Virus record (IMG/VR): IMGVR_UViG_3300028028_000001
Span: 1 to 64,000 of that record
Length of the DNA stretch: 64,000 nucleotides
Origin: a virus
Direction: 5' to 3' (one strand)
Shown: one piece after another, positions 44,801-53,106 of the stretch
Layout of the letters: each line of letters opens with the position of its first letter
Position numbering within the stretch: the first letter of the stretch is position 1
Position numbers and translations under genes: made by a program
Notes under the pieces: generated by a model
Told to the model about the DNA's origin: nothing
Database searches by the model: none
What the model saw: the letters and a program-made list of their open reading frames with translations, nothing else

Positions 44801-47577
44801 TTGACGAGGCAAGGTTCCAAAGGGAGATGGCCCAGGCCAGTATGCCGGAAGGGCAGTGGGAGACCATGGTCAAGGAACACGAAGGAGAAGGCATAACTCC
44901 AGGGCAGGCCAAGGCCCGAGCCATGTCTCACCTTGGAGAGAAGGTCAAGAATGAGGCGTATTACCAAGAACTGACGAAACCATGGGACAAGACGGCTGGA
45001 ACTGCATCTATAGACGAACCAAAGGATGTAAAACAACGTCGCCAATACCTGACGCGCGAACTCGCCGCACTCGGGAAAGAGCCCGACCGCCAAGACAAAG
45101 AGGCCAACCAGAAATGGCAAGAAGCGCGTAATGCTGTTTTTGAAAAGGCCGACACCGATTCTGGCAAGGAAGAACTTGATGAGACCAGTCCCGAATACCG
45201 GGCTTGGCAAAAACGACGTGATGCTGTTCTTGCCCGTCATCCGCGAGCGGGTATGCAAAGCGCAATCGATAGTCTCGACAAAGCCGATCCGGAGTACGCA
45301 AGCAAAGTCGAAGCCATCAAACAGGACGCAGCGACCGCCCCCACCGCCTGGGGCAACTACGTTGAAGCGCACGGTTCGCGGCAACTGGCGATCGAGGCCC
45401 TGCAAGATGAGATGAGGGGCGAATTCGTCAAGACGTACCAGGAGCACCACGGAAAGGTCACCGGGAACCCGCTACGGGTGGGCGTTCAGGACGTAACCAA
45501 CAAGGCGCGCCATATCCGGGCAACAGGATCCCCCGAGGAAATCGCGCAAGCCAGGGCAGAGGAAAGGTCCAGGCTATCCAGTCTCCAGAAGAGGCAGGGC
45601 GGCGGATTTACCGAGATGGGCGGTGCAGGGTCGGCGAAAGCCCTGTTCACAAAAGCACTTGAACAAGACGAAATCGACAAGTCAAGTCAACTCGCTATGT
45701 TCGGATCGGCTACCTCCTCGGTGGCGGACCTCCCCGAAAAGAAGATCGAGCCGAAGACCGGCCAGCGGTGGAGTCTCGGAACCCGCGCGGAATCGCAACT
45801 TGAGAGCGTCATCAATGGCGGCCTGGGCCAGCAGTTTCAACCAGGAAGCCCGATCCGGCTTTTCGGTGGGCTCAACATGGATGGCGATCGAATCCACCAG
45901 CAGCGGGTTCTTCGCCAACTCGATCGGGTCAAAAGGATGGCGGCGCTTCTCGGCACGGGCGCGGGGAAGTCGCTCACCTCGATCGCAGGGTTCACCCAGG
46001 CGCACGCGAAGGGTGAGGCATCCCACGGGCTCTATCTGGTCCCTGCCGCAGTCCAAGACCAGTTCGGCGGCGAGATGTTGCGCTACACGCAGCCCGGGAA
46101 ATACAACTGGGCAACGGGTGGCGGAAAGAGCCACGCGGAACGGGTACGGATGCTCAAGGATCCGTCTATTCATATGCGGGTTATGACACACCAGTCCTTC
46201 CGGGATACTGCCCTAAAACTCATGGCAGACCACCATGGTCGGACTACCGAGAAGATGACAGAGGACTTCGGAAAGGCAGACCCAAAGACCCGCGCCCGGT
46301 GGATGCGTGAGGCCTTCGATGCCCACGGGATCCCCCGCCACTTCGTCTATTATGACGAGGCGCACACCGCGACCTCCGAGAACGAGAAGAGCGCCTCTCT
46401 GACTCATGACGTTGCGACGGCGGTAACGCATCCGTCGAACGCTACCCATCTGCTTCTCGGGACCGCCACCCCCACGAAGAACAACACCGGAGAGATGCAC
46501 TCATGGGCCTCGCTACTCGATCCGGACAAGTACGCCGATCGGTGGAAGTTCATGCAGAACTTTGGGAGGGAAACCGCCTGGAACCCGAACGCGATCCGTC
46601 AAGAACTTGGGCACCGGGTTTACACCGCCAGAATCGACCCCGAAGGAGTATCCCGAACAGACACCGACAACCCGACCGTGGAGGAAAAGGAAGTCCAGAC
46701 TGGTGAGAATATGTGGGGTCCAACCTACGAAAAGCAGAAGGTGAAGTCTGCCGGCAAGCCGATCGAACTTCACCCTACCCAGAAGGCCCGGGTAGATGAG
46801 ATCACGGCGGCTTATGAGCAGGCATCCACCTCGTTCAAGAAGGGCCATGTGGACGTGGAGAGCATCCGGAAAATCAACCCGGCACCGTTCGAGGGTAAGA
46901 CCGATGAGCAGGCCCAAAGCATCGCGCGGAACATGATGAAGGGCCTTGGCTTCACCCGTGACGCGGCGCTGGAGCGGGCGATCAACCGCTCGCCTGTGGG
47001 CCAGAACGCGAAACTGGACGCCCTGGCCTCTGTCGTCCAGCATGACCTCGCGCAGAACTGGACCGATCGGAAAGGCAACGCGCGCAAGGGGAAGGCCTCG
47101 ATCATCTTTTCGGACTCGGCGCAGGATGGAAAACTCATCAACCAGCACCTTCGCTCTCTTGGCGTCCGCTCGGCTTTCTATCACGGTGGGCTTCCGAACG
47201 AGCAGAAAGAAGCCATCCGCACCGGGTTCCAACCCGAGCAAGGCGAGCCGAAGCACGACGTTATCGTCGCCACGTCGGCGGCCGAGGCGGGTCTGAACCT
47301 CCAACGGGCAAGCGTGCTGCACAATTACGACGTGCCCCAGACTGAGAAGAGCCACGCGCAGAGAGCCGGGCGAGCGTACCGGCAGGGGCAACTTGGCGAC
47401 GTGGAGATTCACAACTGGCACACGAACACGGCGTTCGAGCGTCGGGCGCTTCAACTGCTCAAGGAGAAGCGGTATCTCGCTTCCGTGTTTCAGACTCCGA
47501 TCGGCCATATGGACGACACAGGAACGGGCCTGCGTTATACTCGGATCATCTCACGCAAACATGAGGCTGCGGCATGA
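41875..47577 (+). CDS. giant polyvalent/DarB-like protein (1900 aa) with C-terminal SNF2-type helicase
   Basis: N-terminal 'RWITVHPGGEGSTGVPILIQEEKDGTHRVVAGAGGKL'. A long Lys/Glu/Ala coiled region follows. Helicase motifs 'LLGTGAGKS', 'VYYDEAHT', 'LLLGTATP', 'QRAGRAYRQGQ' start at about 45,900. Confidence 0.8.
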   Translation: MFTPCKCSKGCKAHAIITALDMDGTTYPVRVPYEHRYSSIGWGDRPRVRFGDSVAVEVARGEKGVQALDELGNLHRLNHGAFSTWIPERKGKALKKAEVKAGQRWITVHPGGEGSTGVPILIQEEKDGTHRVVAGAGGKLTHLRLENVKSADEYAKSKADKKAAKKEKDKTAPKEVKETKKEAHEKKREAERQFVKKVSTKLGGVSEDRKRDESESPAVARRLDAQHHRKQVNEAKKRAHGAMQAVVAERTGQERAKALTSEDTPEVSAHVQETIRAELDDEEAAQKARKEARAPKMMASRAVDPGAQEKAVVHAVEAVKQAPEQLDKTLEALGGRTDSGEVLRLSVVPAVEAKRRSLQALQDAQIIHEALSNGPPKDEKQQAIVEQALGGAKLGTEEAKEALQTAMVSKVNEAERHEVQSRKLDQIARDKGEDVADRALRATDAARAIARETQEARRLGLDNPEKTPLTVPETDELMDVVKDLQDLKAKTRALKNVVKDAEKGNFDRSRRAFKMDVQAAPKDVEMSIEEEVQRSLTEQLLGAVKTDRPEYIQGVTAGHYDALADVGLQIGGQRYLDRPTVDALGAKNAAILLRYGLDQDGHDMDAVRQAVEESHVDAVKTEAAKAIEKARSYVPGLVHEVDTTEDAEAAMAHLDAHESEIVSAQKALSSAIGRLEGTATLGQALRDKMPDSLSVRGTSLESSQQWVHSLGLHPADYEVNAARNEITIPRRSWDKLLSRDSREDIDNRRVVNEIKAGQHDIKGWLPPGIAYREASTFTAPVPSAPRMWEPLSFDGDLDEAIKTHVGARLASGEHIGEIASDISSEGVASQAPSAKEYRAALERHFPLYKEGGKERLTEALAALGPRPENENEAIEWDRKAIKAEQAEKVGLTHFADKWESWAQDYMEKKHGGEGAYHSQNLHPEDVATREAIFRTLADHPEGKIAFKPSGQLTPQEEGVIRDRYYQRMGIDPKVKVDEARFQREMAQASMPEGQWETMVKEHEGEGITPGQAKARAMSHLGEKVKNEAYYQELTKPWDKTAGTASIDEPKDVKQRRQYLTRELAALGKEPDRQDKEANQKWQEARNAVFEKADTDSGKEELDETSPEYRAWQKRRDAVLARHPRAGMQSAIDSLDKADPEYASKVEAIKQDAATAPTAWGNYVEAHGSRQLAIEALQDEMRGEFVKTYQEHHGKVTGNPLRVGVQDVTNKARHIRATGSPEEIAQARAEERSRLSSLQKRQGGGFTEMGGAGSAKALFTKALEQDEIDKSSQLAMFGSATSSVADLPEKKIEPKTGQRWSLGTRAESQLESVINGGLGQQFQPGSPIRLFGGLNMDGDRIHQQRVLRQLDRVKRMAALLGTGAGKSLTSIAGFTQAHAKGEASHGLYLVPAAVQDQFGGEMLRYTQPGKYNWATGGGKSHAERVRMLKDPSIHMRVMTHQSFRDTALKLMADHHGRTTEKMTEDFGKADPKTRARWMREAFDAHGIPRHFVYYDEAHTATSENEKSASLTHDVATAVTHPSNATHLLLGTATPTKNNTGEMHSWASLLDPDKYADRWKFMQNFGRETAWNPNAIRQELGHRVYTARIDPEGVSRTDTDNPTVEEKEVQTGENMWGPTYEKQKVKSAGKPIELHPTQKARVDEITAAYEQASTSFKKGHVDVESIRKINPAPFEGKTDEQAQSIARNMMKGLGFTRDAALERAINRSPVGQNAKLDALASVVQHDLAQNWTDRKGNARKGKASIIFSDSAQDGKLINQHLRSLGVRSAFYHGGLPNEQKEAIRTGFQPEQGEPKHDVIVATSAAEAGLNLQRASVLHNYDVPQTEKSHAQRAGRAYRQGQLGDVEIHNWHTNTAFERRALQLLKEKRYLASVFQTPIGHMDDTGTGLRYTRIISRKHEAAA

Positions 47578-47738
47578 AGATGAGAAAGAAAAAAGTAGAC
47601 TTCTCAGCGGTAATCCGGCCAGTCAAAGAAGAAACTTCCTCGCACTTCGGATCGCGTGTCGTCGATATACGGTGTGTAGATTTCTCGGTTGACTCGATCC
47701 GTGCGTTTATCAAGCGGATGGAGCAGGAACCACTATGA
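47574..47738 (+). CDS. small protein (54 aa; below ORF-track cutoff)
   Basis: My translation gives MKMRKKKVDFSAVIRPVKEETSSHFGSRVVDIRCVDFSVDSIRAFIKRMEQEPL. ATGA overlaps at both ends. Low GC. Confidence 0.4.
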   Translation: MKMRKKKVDFSAVIRPVKEETSSHFGSRVVDIRCVDFSVDSIRAFIKRMEQEPL

Positions 47739-47977
47739 ACGACCGACAAGAGATGATCAAACTCCTCGCGTCTCTGGAGGCCAACAAGCAGGCAATCCAG
47801 GGCGCAAGAAAGGACCTGGCCCGGGAATGCTCCGAGCGTCAGGATGCCGTGTCTCCTGCCCTGGAAACGATCGGCGAGCACCCCGACATGGAAGACGCGG
47901 GGATCCTCGGGCACCGCTACCACAAGACGATTCTGGCCGATCACCATGCGCTTGGCGAACTGGCGCGCCGTGGCTGA
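47735..47977 (+). CDS. hypothetical protein (80 aa)
   Basis: ORF track; coupled. Confidence 0.5.
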   Translation: MNDRQEMIKLLASLEANKQAIQGARKDLARECSERQDAVSPALETIGEHPDMEDAGILGHRYHKTILADHHALGELARRG

Positions 47978-48206
47978 CCTGTCGGCGTTCAAGATCCGAT
48001 GTCCTGCCTGCGGTTACGATATGTGGGCCGTGCGCGCGGGTCAGTGGACGCTCAAAACCGCTATTATCCGGGTGGACGACGGGGTCTTCATTGCACGATG
48101 CCCAGAAGGGCGGTGCAAAGGTGAAGCCGTGGTCCCGATGGTTCTCCTGCACTCCGACGCTACCCGCCGAATTGTGAGAATTCGAAAAAACAGCGCTGAG
48201 GTATAG
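47946..48206 (+). CDS. zinc-ribbon protein (about 86 aa)
   Basis: Part of ORF 47844..48206. 'CPACGYDMW...CPEGRC'. The start is either ATG 47946 or GTG 47970. Confidence 0.45.
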   Translation: MRLANWRAVADLSAFKIRCPACGYDMWAVRAGQWTLKTAIIRVDDGVFIARCPEGRCKGEAVVPMVLLHSDATRRIVRIRKNSAEV

Positions 48207-48244
48207 CCGGGCAGTCTGGTCCGAACCTCTCACGGCCCACCCAC

Positions 48245-48286
48245 GGCCCTACCCGGATCCCCTCCCGGGTAGGGCCTTCTTTTGTT
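48245..48286 (+). terminator. rho-independent terminator
   Basis: Perfect 12-bp stem: GGCCCTACCCGG (48245-48256) with CCGGGTAGGGCC (48265-48276). The loop is 8 nt, followed by TTCTTTTGTT. Confidence 0.7.
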
Positions 48287-48293
48287 GGTACTC

Positions 48294-49079
48294 ATGTCGA
48301 TCCCCTTCGAACTCTCCGGATCCCTCCTCGCTCGCCCGCTCCGAAAAGCGGTGAGCGCGCGGACTCGTCCGCTTGAAGGGTTCCTGACTACCTACGGCGT
48401 ACTCAGCGAAAACGGCGGGATCATCCCGACCGCTGACCGAGACGGGCAGGTCATGGAAGCCGCCTCTGCTCTGGGGCTCATCGACTTTCAGGAGTACCTC
48501 CGAACCGGGCTCTGGAACGATACCCACGATGACACCGTGATTGTAGGGCGCTCCGATGGCCTGGAGTTTCACAACGGCTCGACGAAGTTGTCACAGGCTC
48601 ACCGGAAGGTCGGCTACTTCACGGCCGGGCACTTGTTCGACCCTGCGAACCCGGCTTCTTTCGGGGACTACAAGCCCTCGCCAAAGGAACTGGAACGCTC
48701 GGACTACTTCTGGGACCTCGCCAGCAGTACCCTGGGCGAAACCGATCGCGGGTTGGCTTTTTCGGCTCATGGCCGGATGTGGACCGACCCGACAAATACC
48801 AGGATTTTGACGGCGAAGATTGATCAGGTGGCGGTCTGCGAAACCCCGGTCAATCCCTACTGTCCTGCCGAGATCCCCGAAGTGTCGGCTGAACTTGCGA
48901 AGGCGGTCAAGAAGCCGACTGCTTCCTCTTTGCTTGCTTCCCTCAAACCGGAGACGCGGGAAAAGCTGGTCGCCATCATCAAGAAGCGTTTCCCCCATCT
49001 GTCAGACGCGGAGATCGATACCGTTCTTCTGAAACTGGCAGAAAACCACCACTATGGAGTAAAATCCGATGCCCAATGA
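48294..49079 (+). CDS. prohead protease (HK97-type serine protease-like)
   Basis: 'LEGFLTTYGVLSENGGII', 'LWNDTHDDTVIVG' (His) and 'GLAFSAHG' (Ser), in the order expected for HK97-family prohead proteases. Lies upstream of the scaffold and capsid genes. Confidence 0.6.
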   Translation: MSIPFELSGSLLARPLRKAVSARTRPLEGFLTTYGVLSENGGIIPTADRDGQVMEAASALGLIDFQEYLRTGLWNDTHDDTVIVGRSDGLEFHNGSTKLSQAHRKVGYFTAGHLFDPANPASFGDYKPSPKELERSDYFWDLASSTLGETDRGLAFSAHGRMWTDPTNTRILTAKIDQVAVCETPVNPYCPAEIPEVSAELAKAVKKPTASSLLASLKPETREKLVAIIKKRFPHLSDAEIDTVLLKLAENHHYGVKSDAQ

Positions 49080-49746
49080 AAAGAAGCCGCTCGATGACCT
49101 GATCGAGCAGATCGATGCCTCTGTCGTCACCTCGGCAATGCAGCCGCTGGTGGACGGGTTCAAGGACCTTGCGAAAGCGGTCAAGGACTTCACCGACAAG
49201 GAAGACGACGAGAAGGAAGACAAGGAAGAGGAGTCCGACCCCGACATCCACGAGGACAAGGAGGACGAATCCGATCCTGACATCCACGAGGACAAGGAAG
49301 AGCCCCCGCACAAGGCCAAGGAAGACGACTCCGACGCCATGGAAAAGGCGATCGCGCTCGACGTGACCGAGTACCTTGACCGGTGGTCCAGGGATCTCCC
49401 GGCGCTCACCTCCGAAGTCAAGGCGCTCCGCAAGGACAACGCGGACCTTCGGAAGGCGGTGGCCGCTTACGCGGACCATTCGGCAGCGCTCACCAAGGCC
49501 GTGCTCTCCCTCGCCGAAGTCCGCAAGCCTGCCGAGGCCTCCCCGGCTCCCGTGGTCGCCGAAGCCGCTGGAGAGCGCTTCGAGGCTCCGGTCGTTCTGT
49601 CCGTGATTCCCATGGAGAAACTCACCAAGGCCGTGATGTCCGGCGTCATCGACGGTCGCCACTTCGACAACTACACCTCCACCAAGCGTTTCGACCCCAA
49701 CGACATCACGAACGATCGGCTTCACAAAGCCGTCTCCGCTCTCTGA
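49069..49746 (+). CDS. scaffolding protein
   Basis: Acidic and helical. Contains duplicated 'ESDPDIHEDKE'. Located between the protease and capsid genes. Confidence 0.55.
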   Translation: MPNEKKPLDDLIEQIDASVVTSAMQPLVDGFKDLAKAVKDFTDKEDDEKEDKEEESDPDIHEDKEDESDPDIHEDKEEPPHKAKEDDSDAMEKAIALDVTEYLDRWSRDLPALTSEVKALRKDNADLRKAVAAYADHSAALTKAVLSLAEVRKPAEASPAPVVAEAAGERFEAPVVLSVIPMEKLTKAVMSGVIDGRHFDNYTSTKRFDPNDITNDRLHKAVSAL

Positions 49747-49777
49747 TCCCATCCCAACCCCACAAGGACAAAACACC

Positions 49778-51379
49778 ATGAACCCTCAGACTCTCCTCCT
49801 CGCCTTGACGATGGCCTATTCGTTCTCCGCTGACGGCTCCGTCTCGATGAACAAAGCCGTCACATCCAGCACGATCGCCAGCGCGGTCCCCGAGTCGCTG
49901 GAAATGCAGGCCGCCATCGCGACCTGGAGCGACCGAACCCCGGGCGTCAACACCCTGCTCAAGCTCATCCCGCGCGCCGTCGCCACGAAGCAGGAGCACA
50001 AGTACGTCAGCCTCGACTCCTGGGGCGACGTGGCCCACCAGACCGGCATGGGCACCGAGACCGGCACCCCCGCGAGCCTCCAGTTCTCCTCGACCACCCC
50101 GGTTGTGTGGCTCCAGATCTGCAACCAGGCGACCGACGTCTACTTCATGGCCGAGCTCCAGAAGATGGTCGGCATTGAAGGGACCGTGGATCCCGTCGTC
50201 GTCGCCACCAACGCCACCCTCAAGCGTGAAGCGTGGCTCACCAACCGCAACATGTACCTGCTCGACACCAGTAAGAGCCGCGCAGGCGTCGGCGCCGCCG
50301 GTCGCGTCTACAAGGGCGTCCTTCAGCAGGTTCGCGAGGGCACCGACGGCACCACGGGTTCCTCGACCTTCGGCTCGCACGAGATCGACCTTCGTGGCGC
50401 GGACATCACCTCCGATAACATCCGCACCCAGATCGCCCACATCCTGGAGTACTACGGCATGGCCAACGTGCTCCTGATGCCGCCCACCCCGCGAGGCAAC
50501 CTGGAAAGCTCCCTCGAAGGCGCCAACCGCATCACCATGGGCGGCGTGGACATTCGAACCCACCTTCTGGGCAACTCGATCGCCGGCCTCCAGAGCCAGG
50601 GCAACGTCATGTGGTTCGCCACCGAGCTCGCGCTCAGCGCGAAGAACTCGAAGCCCCGATACACCGCGCCTCCCGCCGGCTGGGCAACCACCACGGTCCC
50701 GACCGTCGTGTCTGCCGTGGTCGCTGGTGGAACCTCGGGCAACGCCTCGCTGTGGGGCGCCTCGGACGATGGCAACATCTACCACGTCGTCACCGAGGTT
50801 GTCAACGAGCTCGAAGGCGCGGGAACCCGTGAGCCTGCCGGCGCCGCCTACAACGCGGTCGCAGTCGGGCAGGAAGTCCGCCTGACCCTCACCCCGGGTT
50901 CCGTGGATGCCGATCGCCTCCGCGTCTACCGTGGCCACGATACCGACGTGAGCCCCGGCGGCACCGCTGGCGCCGTGACTGAGGCTTGGTTCCTCTTCGA
51001 GGTGGCCGCGAACGGCGCGGTTCCCGTCGTGACCTACGACTACAACCAGAGCCTGCCCCGCACCGCCTGGGCCGTCGCGCTCGACATCCAGAGCCCGGTC
51101 GCCGACGCCATGTTCAACCCGAGAGGCAACTCCCTGGGCGCCAACTATGCCGACGCCAACGACGCCGCGATCTCGCAGATCGGCTACCGCGACAACGGTA
51201 TGACCTCGAACGTGAGCTTCGCGCAGCTCGGGCCCGCTCCCATGCGCCTCCAGCTCGCCCCCGTGGCCCTGACCGCCCCGATGGGCCGCCCCGTGATCCT
51301 CCGCGTCGGCGCCCCCGTCGTGCGGATCCCGCAGCGCTGCTTCACCTTCAAGAACGTTCGTGACGTGGTTTACAACTAG
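49778..51379 (+). CDS. major capsid protein
   Basis: 533 aa, following the protease and scaffold genes. Followed by a terminator hairpin. Confidence 0.65.
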   Translation: MNPQTLLLALTMAYSFSADGSVSMNKAVTSSTIASAVPESLEMQAAIATWSDRTPGVNTLLKLIPRAVATKQEHKYVSLDSWGDVAHQTGMGTETGTPASLQFSSTTPVVWLQICNQATDVYFMAELQKMVGIEGTVDPVVVATNATLKREAWLTNRNMYLLDTSKSRAGVGAAGRVYKGVLQQVREGTDGTTGSSTFGSHEIDLRGADITSDNIRTQIAHILEYYGMANVLLMPPTPRGNLESSLEGANRITMGGVDIRTHLLGNSIAGLQSQGNVMWFATELALSAKNSKPRYTAPPAGWATTTVPTVVSAVVAGGTSGNASLWGASDDGNIYHVVTEVVNELEGAGTREPAGAAYNAVAVGQEVRLTLTPGSVDADRLRVYRGHDTDVSPGGTAGAVTEAWFLFEVAANGAVPVVTYDYNQSLPRTAWAVALDIQSPVADAMFNPRGNSLGANYADANDAAISQIGYRDNGMTSNVSFAQLGPAPMRLQLAPVALTAPMGRPVILRVGAPVVRIPQRCFTFKNVRDVVYN

Positions 51380-51398
51380 TCGCGGCTTCGAGGTATAA

Positions 51399-51426
51399 GG
51401 GGATCGCTCTGCGGTCCCTTTTTTCT
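51399..51426 (+). terminator. rho-independent terminator candidate after the capsid gene
   Basis: GGGGATCGC-TCT-GCGGTCCC stem with one G-U pair, followed by TTTTTTCTT. Confidence 0.55.
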
Positions 51427-51436
51427 TGGAGTTTGC

Positions 51437-52204
51437 ATGATTGCCATTGAGTACATTTCGCCGATTTCGATCCGGATCAATGGAATCACCGTCGATTTTC
51501 GCGCCCATGATTTCAGGGGCCGCTCCCGGTTTATGGCCTTTGTCGCCGAAGACATGCCGATCGGGTTCTTCAAATCGAAGGGCTACACGATCCACGGCAT
51601 CGTCGCGGATCCTCCTGTTCCGACGCTCAAGGCCCCTCCGCTGGCGTCCGGCGCGATCTACTCCCTCCCGGAAACGCTGGCGCACGCCTTCCTCCGAGGA
51701 TGGACCCTGGAAGACCTCTGGGGCGCTGGCAAGGGCGGCAAGTGGAATGACGAGGGCGGGCGCGGAACTTGCGGCCTGACGGTTGTGGAGTGCGCTCTGG
51801 CGTCCCCTCCGAAGGGTTGGGTTCCTGGTTGCGGCGCGAAGCCCTGGGAGATGGCTGGGTGGATCGCACCTGCGCAGACCTGGGCGCCGCCTGTCGTCGT
51901 CGAACCTGTTGTGGAGGCTGAGCCCGAAGTGGTGGCCGAGGAACCTGCCGAAGAGCCCCAGGCGGAACCAGAAGTGGAGCCAGAAGTGGAACCCGTGAAG
52001 GAGAAGATCCCCGAGTCCTGGACCGCTGATGAGTGGGAGCGGATGGCCTCGGCGATCCGCGAGGTCCACAAATCCGACGATCCCCCCAAGCGTGGGCGCC
52101 TGGAATGGCTCTGGAAGAACAAGGCCACCGATGACAAGCGGCGCAAGATGCCGGCGCTCTCGGACGATGACCTGAACCTGCTTCTCGGCCGGGCCTTCGC
52201 GTGA
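51437..52204 (+). CDS. hypothetical virion-module protein with Pro/Glu-rich linker
   Basis: ORF track; 'VVEPVVEAEPEVVAEEPAEEPQAEPEVEPEVEPV'. Confidence 0.55.
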   Translation: MIAIEYISPISIRINGITVDFRAHDFRGRSRFMAFVAEDMPIGFFKSKGYTIHGIVADPPVPTLKAPPLASGAIYSLPETLAHAFLRGWTLEDLWGAGKGGKWNDEGGRGTCGLTVVECALASPPKGWVPGCGAKPWEMAGWIAPAQTWAPPVVVEPVVEAEPEVVAEEPAEEPQAEPEVEPEVEPVKEKIPESWTADEWERMASAIREVHKSDDPPKRGRLEWLWKNKATDDKRRKMPALSDDDLNLLLGRAFA

Positions 52205-53106
52205 CACTTGAGCGCACCCTTGGCCTGACGTGCCCCATCCCGGAGGCCATCGACGCTCAGCTTTGGTTGGACCGGTTCGCGTGGCCCCTCCTGGAATCGG
52301 TTGGCGCGTCTCGGTCCAAAAGTGTCTTCGAGAACACCGATCCCGTGGTCCGGGCGAAACTGCTGGACGCGGTACGCTGGCAACTTCGGGCCGTGCTGTC
52401 CGAGGCCGAGATCAAACTCGGCGTGCCCATGGGCATCCGCGTGGTCAAGTCCGATCCTGTGGACTCCGGTCTTCGGCAGGGCATCGACTATGACGAGCGG
52501 ATCGGGAGAACCCCCTTCTATCCCGAGCAATGCCGGGATGAGTACTACCCGCTCGAACTCCCGTCAGGCACGATATCGATCGAACGGGTCCGCCTGTACT
52601 ACCTTCGGAACCTCGTCTATGAGTTTTCCCCTGCCATGGGCAACGAAGACGCGATCCGGCTGGCCAACATGCGGACGGGCGCGGCGAACCTGATCCCTCA
52701 AGGTGCGCCGTATCTGCTCACGTCCACCGCGTGGCTCCCGATGATGCTCCCTTCCTTCTCACTTGGGAGGACCACCCCGGACGCCTGGGCCATCGACTAC
52801 ACCCTGGGCCCGGTCACTGTCACCGGGGAGATCGGGCGGATTGAACTCGTGGTGGTGAACTGGTGCTATGCCGCTGCGGCTAAGATGATCTTCGCCCAGG
52901 CCGGCCTTGCCCGTAGCCAGGGGCTTACCAACGCCTCCCTTTCCTTTGACGGGTTCTCCAAGTCGATCGGTCTGTCGTCGGGCGCAAACACCGGGCTTTA
53001 TTCGGCGATCGAGAAGTCCTGCCAGGACCTGATGGATCGGATCGATTGGCGCGCTTTGCGGTCCATGAAGCGAGGGGGCCCGAGGATTCTTCCTTATGGC
53101 TCGTGA
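52201..53106 (+). CDS. head-tail joining module protein (301 aa)
   Basis: GTGA coupling; call rests on position. Confidence 0.5.
   Translation: MTLERTLGLTCPIPEAIDAQLWLDRFAWPLLESVGASRSKSVFENTDPVVRAKLLDAVRWQLRAVLSEAEIKLGVPMGIRVVKSDPVDSGLRQGIDYDERIGRTPFYPEQCRDEYYPLELPSGTISIERVRLYYLRNLVYEFSPAMGNEDAIRLANMRTGAANLIPQGAPYLLTSTAWLPMMLPSFSLGRTTPDAWAIDYTLGPVTVTGEIGRIELVVVNWCYAAAAKMIFAQAGLARSQGLTNASLSFDGFSKSIGLSSGANTGLYSAIEKSCQDLMDRIDWRALRSMKRGGPRILPYGS

Noticed and set aside
49231-49296. A 36-nt-period direct repeat (ESDPDIHEDKE twice) in the scaffold gene, and the PE-rich repeat at about 51,900-52,000.
   Set aside because: These are ordinary low-complexity acidic linkers within structural-module proteins. 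Nothing suggests an independent function.
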